A stretch of DNA of 29,102 bases, taken from IMG/VR virus record IMGVR_UViG_3300033067_002086, positions 1 to 29,102 of that record. The stretch is one strand, 5' to 3'. Origin of the DNA: a virus (lineage: Duplodnaviria; Caudoviricetes). The notes below the pieces were generated by a model. That model saw only the letters and a list, made by a program, of their open reading frames with translations, searched no databases and was not told where the DNA came from. The translations under genes and the position numbers were made by a program. Of this stretch, positions 1 through 9,702 are shown piece after piece; the stretch's first letter is position 1, and every line of letters begins with the position of its first letter.

Positions 1-63
1 AGATAGGCAGCTATACGAGAGGCTGCTGAAAAGGTAATGTGAGTTTGAGTCTCATCTGCTGCA
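1..63 (+). ncRNA. 3' part of a tRNA-like element, 5' end probably outside the window
   Basis: T-arm-like GTGAG-TTTGAGT-CTCAT (39-55) followed by 7 nt CTGCTGC and A; upstream hairpin 6-27; non-canonical T-loop and no CCA. Confidence 0.35.
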
Positions 64-84
64 GTTTAGTTTCAAGCTAAAATG

Positions 85-249
85 AAAGGTTTTCGTGAGG
101 GTAAGTGAGACCCAAATGGGAGCTTCCGGCAAGTGAATTCAATGTTGTCGGGCAAATCAAGCGTAATGTGCATAACCTTGAGAGTGCCGCCTCACACCAC
201 CGTATAGTGGTTCACAATCCAAGAAGATTGTGCCCTCTCGAAAATCTTT
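85..249 (+). ncRNA. putative multi-branched structured RNA of unknown class
   Basis: Closing helix 85-103/231-249 (18 of 19 paired, 2 G-U); internal helices 105-109/191-195, 111-120, 125-132/145-152, 157-161/177-181, 197-210, 213-232. Confidence 0.6.
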
Positions 250-262
250 TATAAATGAAAGG

Positions 263-391
263 AGTGCTGTAACAACACTGCGCAGCTTAGCTTTAGAGGA
301 CGGGCTTGACCCAAATTCAACTGATGGCTGGTACCCATTGCACCTCGCTGAAATAGAGGTTACGAGCTAAGCATAAGAGACGCTATACACT
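263..391 (+). ncRNA. putative structured RNA with a four-way junction
   Basis: 9-bp helix 285-293/364-372 encloses hairpins 302-312, 323-339 and 342-360; partial outer pairing of 263-282 with 381-391. Confidence 0.45.
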
Positions 392-438
392 AAATTTGAT
401 TTTATATTCCACACACAAACACTTGAAAGAGAGGCACA

Positions 439-873
439 ATGGCTACAAAGGTTACGCTACAACTGTCTGATGATGAAGAATTTCGCGAGCAGGTTCGCAA
501 CATGATAAAGGGCGCAGTGCAAGGCGTTGTTCGCGAGCAGGTTCGCGAGCTGGTGCTCGAAGCCGTCGACAAAGAAAAGAAGCACTTCACACTCGAGACC
601 CTCACAAAGATGGCGCGGCAACTTCTTTCTGAGCGCGTTGAGTGGGTTTCAAACGGCATAAGAGGCTGGACATCTCAGCCAAATCTCGAGCTTCGAAAGC
701 TCGCTGGCGTTGTAATATCAGACACCATCAAGCAGAATGAAGACAGCATAAACGAGCTGATTGAGAATCAAATCAGGCTTATCGCTGAAGAAAAGTTCGA
801 CGCAACTCTCAACAAGCTCATCGACAATCGCGTTCGAGCAAAGTTGAAGTCAATTATTGGAGGCGATGAATAA
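439..873 (+). CDS. hypothetical protein, helical
   Basis: 144-aa ORF with GAGG RBS; stop overlaps the next start (TAATG). Confidence 0.8.
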   Translation: MATKVTLQLSDDEEFREQVRNMIKGAVQGVVREQVRELVLEAVDKEKKHFTLETLTKMARQLLSERVEWVSNGIRGWTSQPNLELRKLAGVVISDTIKQNEDSINELIENQIRLIAEEKFDATLNKLIDNRVRAKLKSIIGGDE

Positions 874-1337
874 TGGCACCGCGCAAAACCAAACAAGAGC
901 GTGAAGACGAAGAACGAGATGCGGTTCTCGACCATCCTGAATTTCAAGCAGCGATGGAAAAGTCGAAGGAAAAGTCGAGGCGCATTCGCCGTGCCGTAGC
1001 TGGCGGCGGGACAACAAGGTCGTCTGGTGAAAAGGGCACCTTTATTTATGTCAACACTGAACACGGGCGCGGCTACGTTCTCGGCAACCTCACCGGCTTG
1101 CATGTTTCGCAGCCAACTGCTTTGGTCGTCATTGACCGCGCTGAATGGAACGCAAAGCATCCGACTGACCAACGCGTTGGGCCGTGTGTCCATCAGCCAG
1201 TGCTGATTGCTGACCTGCCGGAGTGGAAGGAAGCACTCGCGGCCAAAGAGGCTGAAAACGCTGCGCTGCTCGCAAAGCGCGAGGCCAAAGCCGCAATGAA
1301 GGCTGAGATGGCAACTCGCGGAATTGAGGTCGTGTAA
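873..1337 (+). CDS. hypothetical protein
   Basis: 154-aa ORF, translationally coupled on both sides. Confidence 0.8.
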   Translation: MAPRKTKQEREDEERDAVLDHPEFQAAMEKSKEKSRRIRRAVAGGGTTRSSGEKGTFIYVNTEHGRGYVLGNLTGLHVSQPTALVVIDRAEWNAKHPTDQRVGPCVHQPVLIADLPEWKEALAAKEAENAALLAKREAKAAMKAEMATRGIEVV

Positions 1338-2338
1338 TGAGAAGATTGACTAGCCTCGTAACCGGTGGTGCCGGGTTCATCGGCTCCCACGTTGCCAAGC
1401 ATTTGCACAAAGCCGGCCACCGCGTTGTAGTGTTGGACGATTTGAGTGGCGGCTTTGTCGAAAACATTCCATATGGGGTAGATGATTTTGTTGGCTCAGT
1501 CACTGACAAGGAAACTGTTGCGGCTCTGTTTGACCGCTATCAGTTTGATTACATCTTCCACCTGGCCGCCTACGCTGCAGAGGGCCTCAGCCACTTTATT
1601 CGCCATTTCAACTACACCAACAATTTGATTGGCAGTGTGAACCTCATCAACGCTGCCGTGAATGCCAAAACCGTGAAGAGGTTTGTGTTCACATCATCCA
1701 TCGCGGCCTACGGCCACAGCGATGTGTTGCCAATGACTGAGGCAATGACGCCCAACCCGGTCGACCCATACGGCATTGCGAAGTACGCTGTTGAACTCGA
1801 TTTGCGTGCAGCCCATGAAATGTTTGGGCTTGAGTACACAATCTTTCGGCCTCACAACGTCTACGGCCCTGGACAGAACATCGCTGACAAGTATCGAAAC
1901 GTAATCGGCATCTTCATGAACCAACTTTTAGCCGGTGTGCCGATGACCATTTTCGGCGACGGCCAACAGACGAGGGCTTTCTCTTACATCGATGATGTAG
2001 CGCCAATCATTGCCGACTGCATCAATGTCCCTGAGGCGGCCAATGATGTCTTCAATATTGGGTCTGATGACAGCTACACCGTTTTACAGTTGGCCGTTCT
2101 AACAGCGGCTGCGATGGGCCGTGAGCCGAACATCATCCACCTTGAGAAGAGGAATGAAGTCGTTGACGCTTGGTGCTCCCATGAAAAGCTGGCTTCTGTG
2201 TTTGGAGCGCAAAAGCACACCGAACTAGTTGAAGGTTTGTGCGCCATGGCCGACTGGGTCGAAGGTAAAGACCCAAAGAGAAGCAAGAATTTTGACAACA
2301 TTGAAATTGAAATGAATTTGCCCGCTTCATGGAGGTGA
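1337..2338 (+). CDS. NAD-dependent NDP-sugar epimerase/dehydratase (extended SDR, GalE-like)
   Basis: TGGAGFIG Rossmann motif, HLAA, TSS, catalytic YGIAK (YxxxK), RPHNVYGP, GDGQQTRAF. Confidence 0.93.
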   Translation: MRRLTSLVTGGAGFIGSHVAKHLHKAGHRVVVLDDLSGGFVENIPYGVDDFVGSVTDKETVAALFDRYQFDYIFHLAAYAAEGLSHFIRHFNYTNNLIGSVNLINAAVNAKTVKRFVFTSSIAAYGHSDVLPMTEAMTPNPVDPYGIAKYAVELDLRAAHEMFGLEYTIFRPHNVYGPGQNIADKYRNVIGIFMNQLLAGVPMTIFGDGQQTRAFSYIDDVAPIIADCINVPEAANDVFNIGSDDSYTVLQLAVLTAAAMGREPNIIHLEKRNEVVDAWCSHEKLASVFGAQKHTELVEGLCAMADWVEGKDPKRSKNFDNIEIEMNLPASWR

Positions 2339-2339
2339 T

Positions 2340-2597
2340 GTGGCCATTTATGCGAAGAGACTAAAGCATGGGCTCGTCATCGTCAATAAATTTGGATACA
2401 CAGTAAACCGCAATGGTGAACTTTCAATGCATCCACATTCATGCCAAGAGGGAGAATTCCCTCCATTCGAATTACACTCAATGATTGTCGATGATGGATT
2501 TGGCAATTGGACCTCGGCCTTTTGCGAGCATGGATGTGGACAAACAGTACAGGTCGTGCGGCCCGGTACGTTTCAATGTTCAGTATGCGGACGGTAA
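2340..2597 (+). CDS. hypothetical protein with a C-terminal zinc ribbon
   Basis: GGAGG RBS with GTG start; CEHGC...CSVC motif. Confidence 0.65.
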   Translation: MAIYAKRLKHGLVIVNKFGYTVNRNGELSMHPHSCQEGEFPPFELHSMIVDDGFGNWTSAFCEHGCGQTVQVVRPGTFQCSVCGR

Positions 2598-2610
2598 TAG
2601 GAGAATTACT

Positions 2611-2883
2611 ATGTGGTGGAAGTCAACAACCTTTACGTTTCATGAACTAAGAGTGATTAGTTTTCTCTTCAGTGTTTTGATTGAAGAGGCACCAATGGTG
2701 TTGGAAGACTATTTCATTCTTGAGATTATTCGACTATCACGTGTCGAAAAGTTTGATAAGGTTCTTGAGGTTCTCAGTAATGTTTGGAAAGAAGAGTCTC
2801 GCCTTCTGAAAGAGTATTCTGAAAGAGGCCCGTTCTTCAAGAAGGTTCAAACAGCACTCTATTTGGACAATCGGAGAAATTGA
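2611..2883 (+). CDS. hypothetical protein
   Basis: AGGAG RBS before ATG 2611 (MWWK); fills the gap between neighbours. Confidence 0.65.
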   Translation: MWWKSTTFTFHELRVISFLFSVLIEEAPMVLEDYFILEIIRLSRVEKFDKVLEVLSNVWKEESRLLKEYSERGPFFKKVQTALYLDNRRN

Positions 2884-2884
2884 A

Positions 2885-3340
2885 ATGATGCGCCTTGACG
2901 AATACCTTATGACGATTGCCGTGGCCGCCAGCCTTCGTTCCACTTGTGATAGGGCCCATGTTGGAGCAGTTTTGGCAAGGGACGGGCAAATCATCTCAAC
3001 TGGATATAACGGTTCGGTCAGCGGCGGTGCCCACTGTGATGATGTCGGTCATTTCATTGTTGATGGCCATTGCATTCGAACGGTTCATGCAGAGATGAAT
3101 GCGATACTGCAAGCGGCCGTTCACGGCACATCTACAAAAGGTTGCACCATTTACATTACGCATTTTCCGTGTGTGAATTGCTGCAAGATGTTAGCCAACT
3201 CTGGCGTCACGGAAATTGTGTTCCTCAATGATTATGGTGGGAACTTTGGTTTGACGTTTTTATCAGAGACTAAAATAAAACTTCGACAATTGAAAATGGA
3301 TGTAACTAAACTTACGGAGCTTCTAAACCACCCCAAATAG
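2885..3340 (+). CDS. dCMP deaminase (ComEB-like zinc-dependent deaminase)
   Basis: RSTC..VGAV, GYNG, HAEMNAI and PCVNC zinc ligands. Confidence 0.92.
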   Translation: MMRLDEYLMTIAVAASLRSTCDRAHVGAVLARDGQIISTGYNGSVSGGAHCDDVGHFIVDGHCIRTVHAEMNAILQAAVHGTSTKGCTIYITHFPCVNCCKMLANSGVTEIVFLNDYGGNFGLTFLSETKIKLRQLKMDVTKLTELLNHPK

Positions 3341-3367
3341 CTAAAACGTGGTCACCCCAAACACCCC

Positions 3368-3412
3368 AAAAGGAGGCTAAGAACCAGTATGATTGGTTCT
3401 ATACCTCCTTTT
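3368..3412. terminator. bidirectional intrinsic terminator between convergent operons
   Basis: AAAAGGAGG..AGAACCA/TGGTTCT..CCTCCTTTT long hairpin with A and T tracts. Confidence 0.75.
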
Positions 3413-3447
3413 ATTGCTTCAGGGAGACGGCCCTGGCGTTTTCTGAA

Positions 3448-5631
3448 CTACAACACTTCTTCAATTTGGAAGAATGAAGATACGTGTGCTTCCATTCCGC
3501 GGTTCGACTCCTCAGTCAAGAATTTATACGTCACCGGGTCGCCAGCAGCAAAAGAGTAATCTCTCGCTGGCAACCCGACATTGATGAGAACGCTCGTTGT
3601 TGATTGTCTCATACCAGCAAAATCAACGAGCGTTGCCCCAGTATAAATTAGGCATTGAGCGTATTGCCCTGCTGAAACGGCAGTCACTGGGCGATAGCCT
3701 CCAGAAACGCGATAAATTCCAGCTCTCCGAATGTTGAACCTATCATTAGTTAGGTCACATATGTCGCCGACATTCAAATCAGCAGCGCCCCAATCAGGAG
3801 TTGTTTCAGCACCAGCAGTGTTTGTCGTGATGTTGGACGAGAGCTTCATTCGCCCAATGGACCGCTTTCTCCCGTCATAAACAACTCTCCACGTGTTTGT
3901 GGCTGATGCGACAAAGCGAACCATTTCACCACTTATGAAAAGTCGGCTCCACTCGGTTGCTGAGCTTCCACCCTCAATTGTGACGCCCGTATCACCGATA
4001 ACGATAAGAGCATAAGTATCATCACCAGTTGTAATTTTCAATTCAATCTCGTCGCCCACAGCACAAGTTGGTAGCACAAAATTTCGGTTCGCTGTAAGGC
4101 CAGAGATATCAGCAAAGTATCTGTTCCAAACGACTGCGGTGACATTCGAGGTTGTTGGGCTTATGCTTGTGTTTGTGGTTGTTAGGTTCGCAGCCGCAAT
4201 AAGGTTTGCCCTAATGCTGTACTTATTTGATGTGGTTGTCGGTGAGTACCATCCCCAGTCAGAAAGCCATGCGCCTCCAGCTGTGTATGTTCTGTCACTT
4301 CCACTTCCATCATAAGCAACTTCAATTTTTGCAACACCTTGATGTTGAATGCCAATCCAATAATCACCAGCGGTTACCCATAAACCAACTGCCATGTTCA
4401 GCCATCGCGCATTTATACCACCGGCACCAGACGTTGTGTCGAGAAGAAGTGATTGGTCTCGTCCGGGTGATACGTGTAACAAAAGTCCGGGAGTACCTGA
4501 GATGTCAGAAAATACAGCACACGCCAATGATGCAATTTGGTCAGCCTCTATTCCTCTAACATATGCACTAATTGAAGAAATAAGACAGTCTGATGTTACA
4601 GTAATCTTTTTGGCATACATTTTGTATTGAGTCATAGCTTCATACGAAGCGCCAATTGCGTCATACCCAGCATATGACTGCCTTATGTTCGCTACACCAC
4701 CGCCACTGCCAACGCTCACAATGAAGGCACTTGCTCCATCATTACTGTCACAGGTGTGCGTTCCAGTTACGCTCAAATTTAGTGTATGGGAACCAGCGGT
4801 TAGGGTCACCTTCGCAATCAGCGGAGGAAGAACCATATGTTGACCACTTGGATTTATGTAAAAGGCTTGCGAATCTTTTTCAACAGTATCAATTTTGGCT
4901 TTGAGTGTTATAGCAACGTTAGCTGAAGTTGAGTATGCAGATAACGTGGCAAACAAAAGATAATCACCGGCGCGGTCAACTGAAAAAGTATAGTTGTCAT
5001 TCCAAGTCGTGCTTGCCGGTGCTGCGTTTGCAGCAATAACAATTTGACCAGCAACGCCAGTGCCTCCGCTTCCGCCACCACCAACGTTTGAAGACTTGAC
5101 TTTCTTCTTCACGTAAGAAGCTGCGCTGTCTTCAATGATAAAAATATCATCTCCAGCAAGCGTCGTCTTCTCAGTCAGAGCAGAAATTTCGTTTGCAGTA
5201 TCATCATGAATAGCCGTCGAGTCACTGCCAGCGCCGCCAGCTGTTGGGTCGGCTTTCCACCCTTTTACGCCGGAGCCATCAGTGCCATAAACTTTATTAC
5301 TGCCTGGGCTTGCAGCATCACCAGAAAGCTTGAGACCGCTGGCGTCTGACGTGATTGACATCTGCTTTTTGACATCACCCTTTAGCTCCGGTGTCCCATC
5401 AGTGTAAGTCAAGTCAAGCGTATCGGTGTCTGCAATCATTGCACCAATAGCGTCTTGTGCCATTTCATCTGTGTATGCAGAGACGGTTGACTCAACATCG
5501 TCCCAAGAAGAGCCGTTGTCGCGCTGCATCTTGTTCAGTGTGGTGTCGAAGAACAAGCGGCCCGGCTTTCCAGCAGTCGGCCGAGTGCCAGTTGCACCAC
5601 GCAAAATAAGGTCTGAGAAGCTAGTTGTCAT
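3448..5631 (-). CDS. tail fibre / receptor-binding protein, multidomain
   Basis: 727 aa rich in Ser/Thr/Gly with Gly linkers; C1q-like C-terminal pattern (NDRFNIRRAGIYRVSG); last gene of the tail module. Confidence 0.7.
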   Translation of the reverse strand: MTTSFSDLILRGATGTRPTAGKPGRLFFDTTLNKMQRDNGSSWDDVESTVSAYTDEMAQDAIGAMIADTDTLDLTYTDGTPELKGDVKKQMSITSDASGLKLSGDAASPGSNKVYGTDGSGVKGWKADPTAGGAGSDSTAIHDDTANEISALTEKTTLAGDDIFIIEDSAASYVKKKVKSSNVGGGGSGGTGVAGQIVIAANAAPASTTWNDNYTFSVDRAGDYLLFATLSAYSTSANVAITLKAKIDTVEKDSQAFYINPSGQHMVLPPLIAKVTLTAGSHTLNLSVTGTHTCDSNDGASAFIVSVGSGGGVANIRQSYAGYDAIGASYEAMTQYKMYAKKITVTSDCLISSISAYVRGIEADQIASLACAVFSDISGTPGLLLHVSPGRDQSLLLDTTSGAGGINARWLNMAVGLWVTAGDYWIGIQHQGVAKIEVAYDGSGSDRTYTAGGAWLSDWGWYSPTTTSNKYSIRANLIAAANLTTTNTSISPTTSNVTAVVWNRYFADISGLTANRNFVLPTCAVGDEIELKITTGDDTYALIVIGDTGVTIEGGSSATEWSRLFISGEMVRFVASATNTWRVVYDGRKRSIGRMKLSSNITTNTAGAETTPDWGAADLNVGDICDLTNDRFNIRRAGIYRVSGGYRPVTAVSAGQYAQCLIYTGATLVDFAGMRQSTTSVLINVGLPARDYSFAAGDPVTYKFLTEESNRGMEAHVSSFFQIEEVL

Positions 5632-6683
5632 TATTCCAAATCCTCCAATACTGTAACTGGATTACCTTCTTCATCTACAACGAAAGTGAAAGTGCCGCCG
5701 CTAACCTCATACAAAAACTGTCGATATTGGTCTGACGATGTGTGCGTATGCACAAGCGGAGCGTAATCTGCGTCATGGTCATGGCCGACTGTCGCATAAA
5801 TCGCATCGGCAATGCTAATCAGCCAATCTTTTATTGTTGACCACAGCCACTTGGTTCCAGCATTTGAATTTTCACTGTCAAGGCCGAAAACATAATCATC
5901 CTCGACAACAGTTACTTTTTCGTCAAACCCAGAAAAAGAGGTTAGTGGGTCAACCGTCACATCTGAAATGAACTGCCTGAGATCTACGATGTGACGAACT
6001 TCATCATCCCTGCGGATTGATGTTTGGCCATTATACAATGAAATGGCACAAATTGGGAAAGCGTCAGGCGATGGCACCGGAAGTGGAGTGAATTCAAGAA
6101 CTGACAGTGAAGCCACAGTGTCGCCTTCGACATAATTGATTGTGCCGTCTTCTAAAGCTTCGATTAGCAGCCACAGCGCACCAGACACTGGAACGTAAGA
6201 GCTCAAGTCTACATCAGTGTTCTCGACTTTTATCGGCGCTGTCATGCCATAGCGATAGATGACATCGCCAAAAATGCGAACGCTCATTCCACCAGCAGGC
6301 AGAACGAGAAGTGGCGTGAATTGGTCTCTCCTTACGAAAACAGTATCAGCATTTGGATACTCATGCTGTTCATGATGAAAGACTGTGAACGGCGTGTCAA
6401 CACTCTCGCCATAACTTCGACGAATGCGAATGACTTGCCATAGGCCGGGCTGTCTGCGGTCAATTCCAATTTCGACTTGACGATTGTTCTCAGCAGGAAC
6501 TTTATCATTGAAAACTTCGATGACTTGTCCATTATCAACGCGGGCATACACCATCCCAGGTTCACCATCGACAAGCACATTGCCAGAGCCGTCGCCCAAC
6601 ATAGCGATAGCTCTTGAAAGCCAAGGTGTACTTTCTTTTTGTATCTTTCTTTCGAGCTTCTTTCTTATGGTGACTTTATTCAT
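5631..6683 (-). CDS. minor tail protein, fibre-associated
   Basis: Lies between tail tip and fibre genes; HxH motifs (GHDHDADY, VHTH); start could be 6683 or 6692. Confidence 0.65.
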   Translation of the reverse strand: MNKVTIRKKLERKIQKESTPWLSRAIAMLGDGSGNVLVDGEPGMVYARVDNGQVIEVFNDKVPAENNRQVEIGIDRRQPGLWQVIRIRRSYGESVDTPFTVFHHEQHEYPNADTVFVRRDQFTPLLVLPAGGMSVRIFGDVIYRYGMTAPIKVENTDVDLSSYVPVSGALWLLIEALEDGTINYVEGDTVASLSVLEFTPLPVPSPDAFPICAISLYNGQTSIRRDDEVRHIVDLRQFISDVTVDPLTSFSGFDEKVTVVEDDYVFGLDSENSNAGTKWLWSTIKDWLISIADAIYATVGHDHDADYAPLVHTHTSSDQYRQFLYEVSGGTFTFVVDEEGNPVTVLEDLE

Positions 6684-9600
6684 ATACTTCATCCAGAGCA
6701 ATCATATAGTCCCAAGTGCTTAGAGGAAAATCAGCAATCGCGTTACCTTCGCGATTTTCCCACGTTGTGCCAAAGTCTGGTGAGCGGCGAATTGAAGTGC
6801 CACCTGCTGCGCCCCATTTGCTTGAGACACCAACGCCACCGAGATAAGCAAAGCGCCAATTGTTGCCGATGTAAGGTAAAGAGCCCATTGTAGTCCATGA
6901 AGAGCCATAATCAGATGATTTGCCGCGGCCTCCAGAACCACTCAGAGGCATATACCTAGCGATTAGGTATTGTCCTGTTCCATCAACGGCAAAGTGACAC
7001 TTGTCATCTGAGTAATCAAGAATAGAACCTGCACCAAGATTGGGGCCAGTGGTTGCTAAGTTGTCTGTTGAAAGATTTATCTCACCGCCGGCTGAGTGCG
7101 TCCACAAAATGTCCGTCTTCCCGGCCCTGAAGTGGAAGTTAGATCGGCGAGATGTCGAGCTCCAATCTTGACTGCTCAGCAGAACGCTCGATCCATCACC
7201 AGCGATCTTGAACCATCTAAACGTGGTGAAGAAGTCTGTGTTGTTGCCAGTGAAAATCCAACTATTCGTTGTCGGCGAGAACGACAGTGATGAATATCTC
7301 TGATTGCCAGCGAGAGTAGCAATGGCCGTTTTCTTCGTGAAACCGCCGGAACCATTTCCAATATAAATGTGACGATTTGAGTCACCGCCAATCACGTATG
7401 CGACGCGATCTGCTTGACTTCGATCTCTCGCGATGCAGAGAACTGCGCCAGTCGTTCCATGCTCAGCCTCAATTGAAGTGTAATCTTCAAGAATTGTGAA
7501 CGGTGAGCCAGGCGCTGGAGCCCAAGCGATGAACGGGTCTGGGTTGGAGCCATAGTGAAGGCTGCTGTTTGTAACGTAAATAGAGCCGTTAGGGCACGCA
7601 ACAATTCGGTTGATTGACTGATATTGACCAGATGTGAGGCCGCTGTTTATGGCTTCCCAAGTTGGGCTTGAGTCTCTAAAATTCGCAGTGTAAACGAGAC
7701 CAAAGACTGGGTCATGAAGGATAACTCGATTTGCTCCTTCAGTTGAACCAGCGCCACCAATATCAATTGGCAATATGATTGGGAACGACGGAAGTTTTGG
7801 CAGTTGAAGTGACGGTACTTGTCCAGGGTCGAATGTCTCTTCACTCGGTATATCACCGTCAATTGCGATTGCCTCATCCGCAGACGTTTCAGCTTCAAGT
7901 TCAAGAGCTGTCGTTATAACTCCAGTGTCAGGGTCATACTCCATCGTTCGAGTCCTGATTAGCCAACGCTTTGAAACGGCAATGGCTCTCGGCGTATCTG
8001 TTACTTCAATATCAAAGTTGACGTATTGCGCCGGAATGCATGAAATGCCGTTGTGTCCAGAGATAAGGGTAACTGACAGTGATGGGTATTGATTGTTGCG
8101 CCAAGCCCAAATCATAGCGGCCAAATCATTCGCTTGCGTTTGGTCGTCTAGCAGTAATCGGTCCACGATGTCAAAATCGCCATAGTACGCATGCACATGG
8201 CCCGGTGCCAATGAGTACCACGTCTCAACAGTATCCACATCACCATCATAAGAAATTCCGCTCAAGTAAAGCTTTGAGACTTCAGTTTGAATTCTGCGCT
8301 GCAATGAAATGTCGTTCACAACATCACTCTTTGTTAGCGTCATCACCTCAGGAATTTCAGCGGCCCTATCCGCAGTTGGCACAATCTGACCATCGACTTG
8401 GATGAAAAGTCGGCCATATTGGTCCACCATTGGATTGGCCATTATGACATCAAAAGAAAGTTCTTCAAGCTGAGACCACATATTTGAGCCAGATGACCGT
8501 AGTGATTGGGCCAAACGAGTGTCCTCAGTTCGAATAAAATCCATGACTTGAGTTCCATTCGTTCGCCAGTGCATGAGGTGCCATATCGCTCGATCAACGG
8601 TGAGCGAAGGCATTTCAACCCATGATGTTGCTGTTGCTGCATATCGTAAGCCAACAGGAAATGTTCCAAGCTTTTTCATTAGAGCTTGAAAGCCACCAAT
8701 CTGAAATGTTACCGAGCCAAACTCATCATTGTAGCGAATAGACTCGTCAACAATTCGGCCGATGCCACGAATATTTTCACGGCCAGAAATTGGACCCACG
8801 CCACCGGTCTCACTATCCTCAATGTTCCCAAAGTTGTCAACACTGAAAAGTATGGCGAGGGCACCCTCTCGTATTGATGCGATTGCATTGGTTCCATCCT
8901 CGAATAATTCGACTGAAAAGCTAATGCCACCATCAGCAACATCTTCCTGAAAGTCAATGAGCTCACCGACCGAAAACGGCATGTTATCGTCATCATAGAT
9001 GTAGATGTAGCGAACGCCTTGAGTTGATTTGCCGTTTGCAGCAGTGACAGTGCAGTAAGCTGCGTGCCATCCGACTGTAGTGAACGTTGCCGTTGGTGAT
9101 GCGATAGCGGTATTTGAAATTGCAGAGGCCGTAGGTATTGACCAAAGGTAAGTTGAGATGGATGACCCGAACACCCACGATGATGTCCCTGTTTCAGGAC
9201 CTAATTGCACAATAGCACTTCCGCCAACGAGTTTGGCGACGGCTCCAGGCCCTAGCACTGGCACTGGGTCGAACGTTGAGTGCTGATTGCTGTATGCCAC
9301 ATCATAATCAATGTATGGGGTCGTCCCATCCATGTAGATATGACGAGGCCAAATCGTAATATCATTGATGACCGTCAGATAACAGTTATCTTCCCAGTTG
9401 ATTTGAGATTGCTCACCGATATAAAAGATCGAAGATGTTGGGGCCTTTCGCACTCTCGCTTTGCCGAGGTCTGAAGCCCCAGCGCTGGTGCCAACCAAAA
9501 TGGTCATGCCGACTTTTACGTTTGCAAGAGTCCCTGAGCCACCGTCATAATTGATTTGTGCAACTTTATCTGTTGATGCTGGGGCGCCATTCAGCCGAGC

Positions 9601-9702
9601 TGAATAAACGGTCGAGGCGTTGTGCACAGCCAAATATAACTGGCTAAATTGTCCAGGTTTTCGTATCTTTATAAGTTCATCATTCGTCAGAACTCGCGCC
9701 AT
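6676..9702 (-). CDS. large tail tip/hub protein with Ig/PKD-like region and Asp-box beta-propeller C-terminus
   Basis: 1008 aa after the Dit-like gene; ISTYLWS..TFTTVG..CTVTAANG PKD-like stretch; Asp-boxes SSDYGSSW and SPDFGTTW. Confidence 0.75.
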   Translation of the reverse strand: MARVLTNDELIKIRKPGQFSQLYLAVHNASTVYSARLNGAPASTDKVAQINYDGGSGTLANVKVGMTILVGTSAGASDLGKARVRKAPTSSIFYIGEQSQINWEDNCYLTVINDITIWPRHIYMDGTTPYIDYDVAYSNQHSTFDPVPVLGPGAVAKLVGGSAIVQLGPETGTSSWVFGSSISTYLWSIPTASAISNTAIASPTATFTTVGWHAAYCTVTAANGKSTQGVRYIYIYDDDNMPFSVGELIDFQEDVADGGISFSVELFEDGTNAIASIREGALAILFSVDNFGNIEDSETGGVGPISGRENIRGIGRIVDESIRYNDEFGSVTFQIGGFQALMKKLGTFPVGLRYAATATSWVEMPSLTVDRAIWHLMHWRTNGTQVMDFIRTEDTRLAQSLRSSGSNMWSQLEELSFDVIMANPMVDQYGRLFIQVDGQIVPTADRAAEIPEVMTLTKSDVVNDISLQRRIQTEVSKLYLSGISYDGDVDTVETWYSLAPGHVHAYYGDFDIVDRLLLDDQTQANDLAAMIWAWRNNQYPSLSVTLISGHNGISCIPAQYVNFDIEVTDTPRAIAVSKRWLIRTRTMEYDPDTGVITTALELEAETSADEAIAIDGDIPSEETFDPGQVPSLQLPKLPSFPIILPIDIGGAGSTEGANRVILHDPVFGLVYTANFRDSSPTWEAINSGLTSGQYQSINRIVACPNGSIYVTNSSLHYGSNPDPFIAWAPAPGSPFTILEDYTSIEAEHGTTGAVLCIARDRSQADRVAYVIGGDSNRHIYIGNGSGGFTKKTAIATLAGNQRYSSLSFSPTTNSWIFTGNNTDFFTTFRWFKIAGDGSSVLLSSQDWSSTSRRSNFHFRAGKTDILWTHSAGGEINLSTDNLATTGPNLGAGSILDYSDDKCHFAVDGTGQYLIARYMPLSGSGGRGKSSDYGSSWTTMGSLPYIGNNWRFAYLGGVGVSSKWGAAGGTSIRRSPDFGTTWENREGNAIADFPLSTWDYMIALDEVYE

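Noticed and set aside
321-355. Hammerhead-like CTGATG...GAAA
   Set aside because: Core reads CTGATGG, not CTGANGA, and the stems do not match hammerhead topology
482-549. TTCGCGAGCAGGTTCGC repeat
   Set aside because: Explained by the repeated peptide REQVR in the coding frame
3329-3370. CACCCCAAA, three copies
   Set aside because: Short, irregularly spaced and beside a terminator; no supportable function
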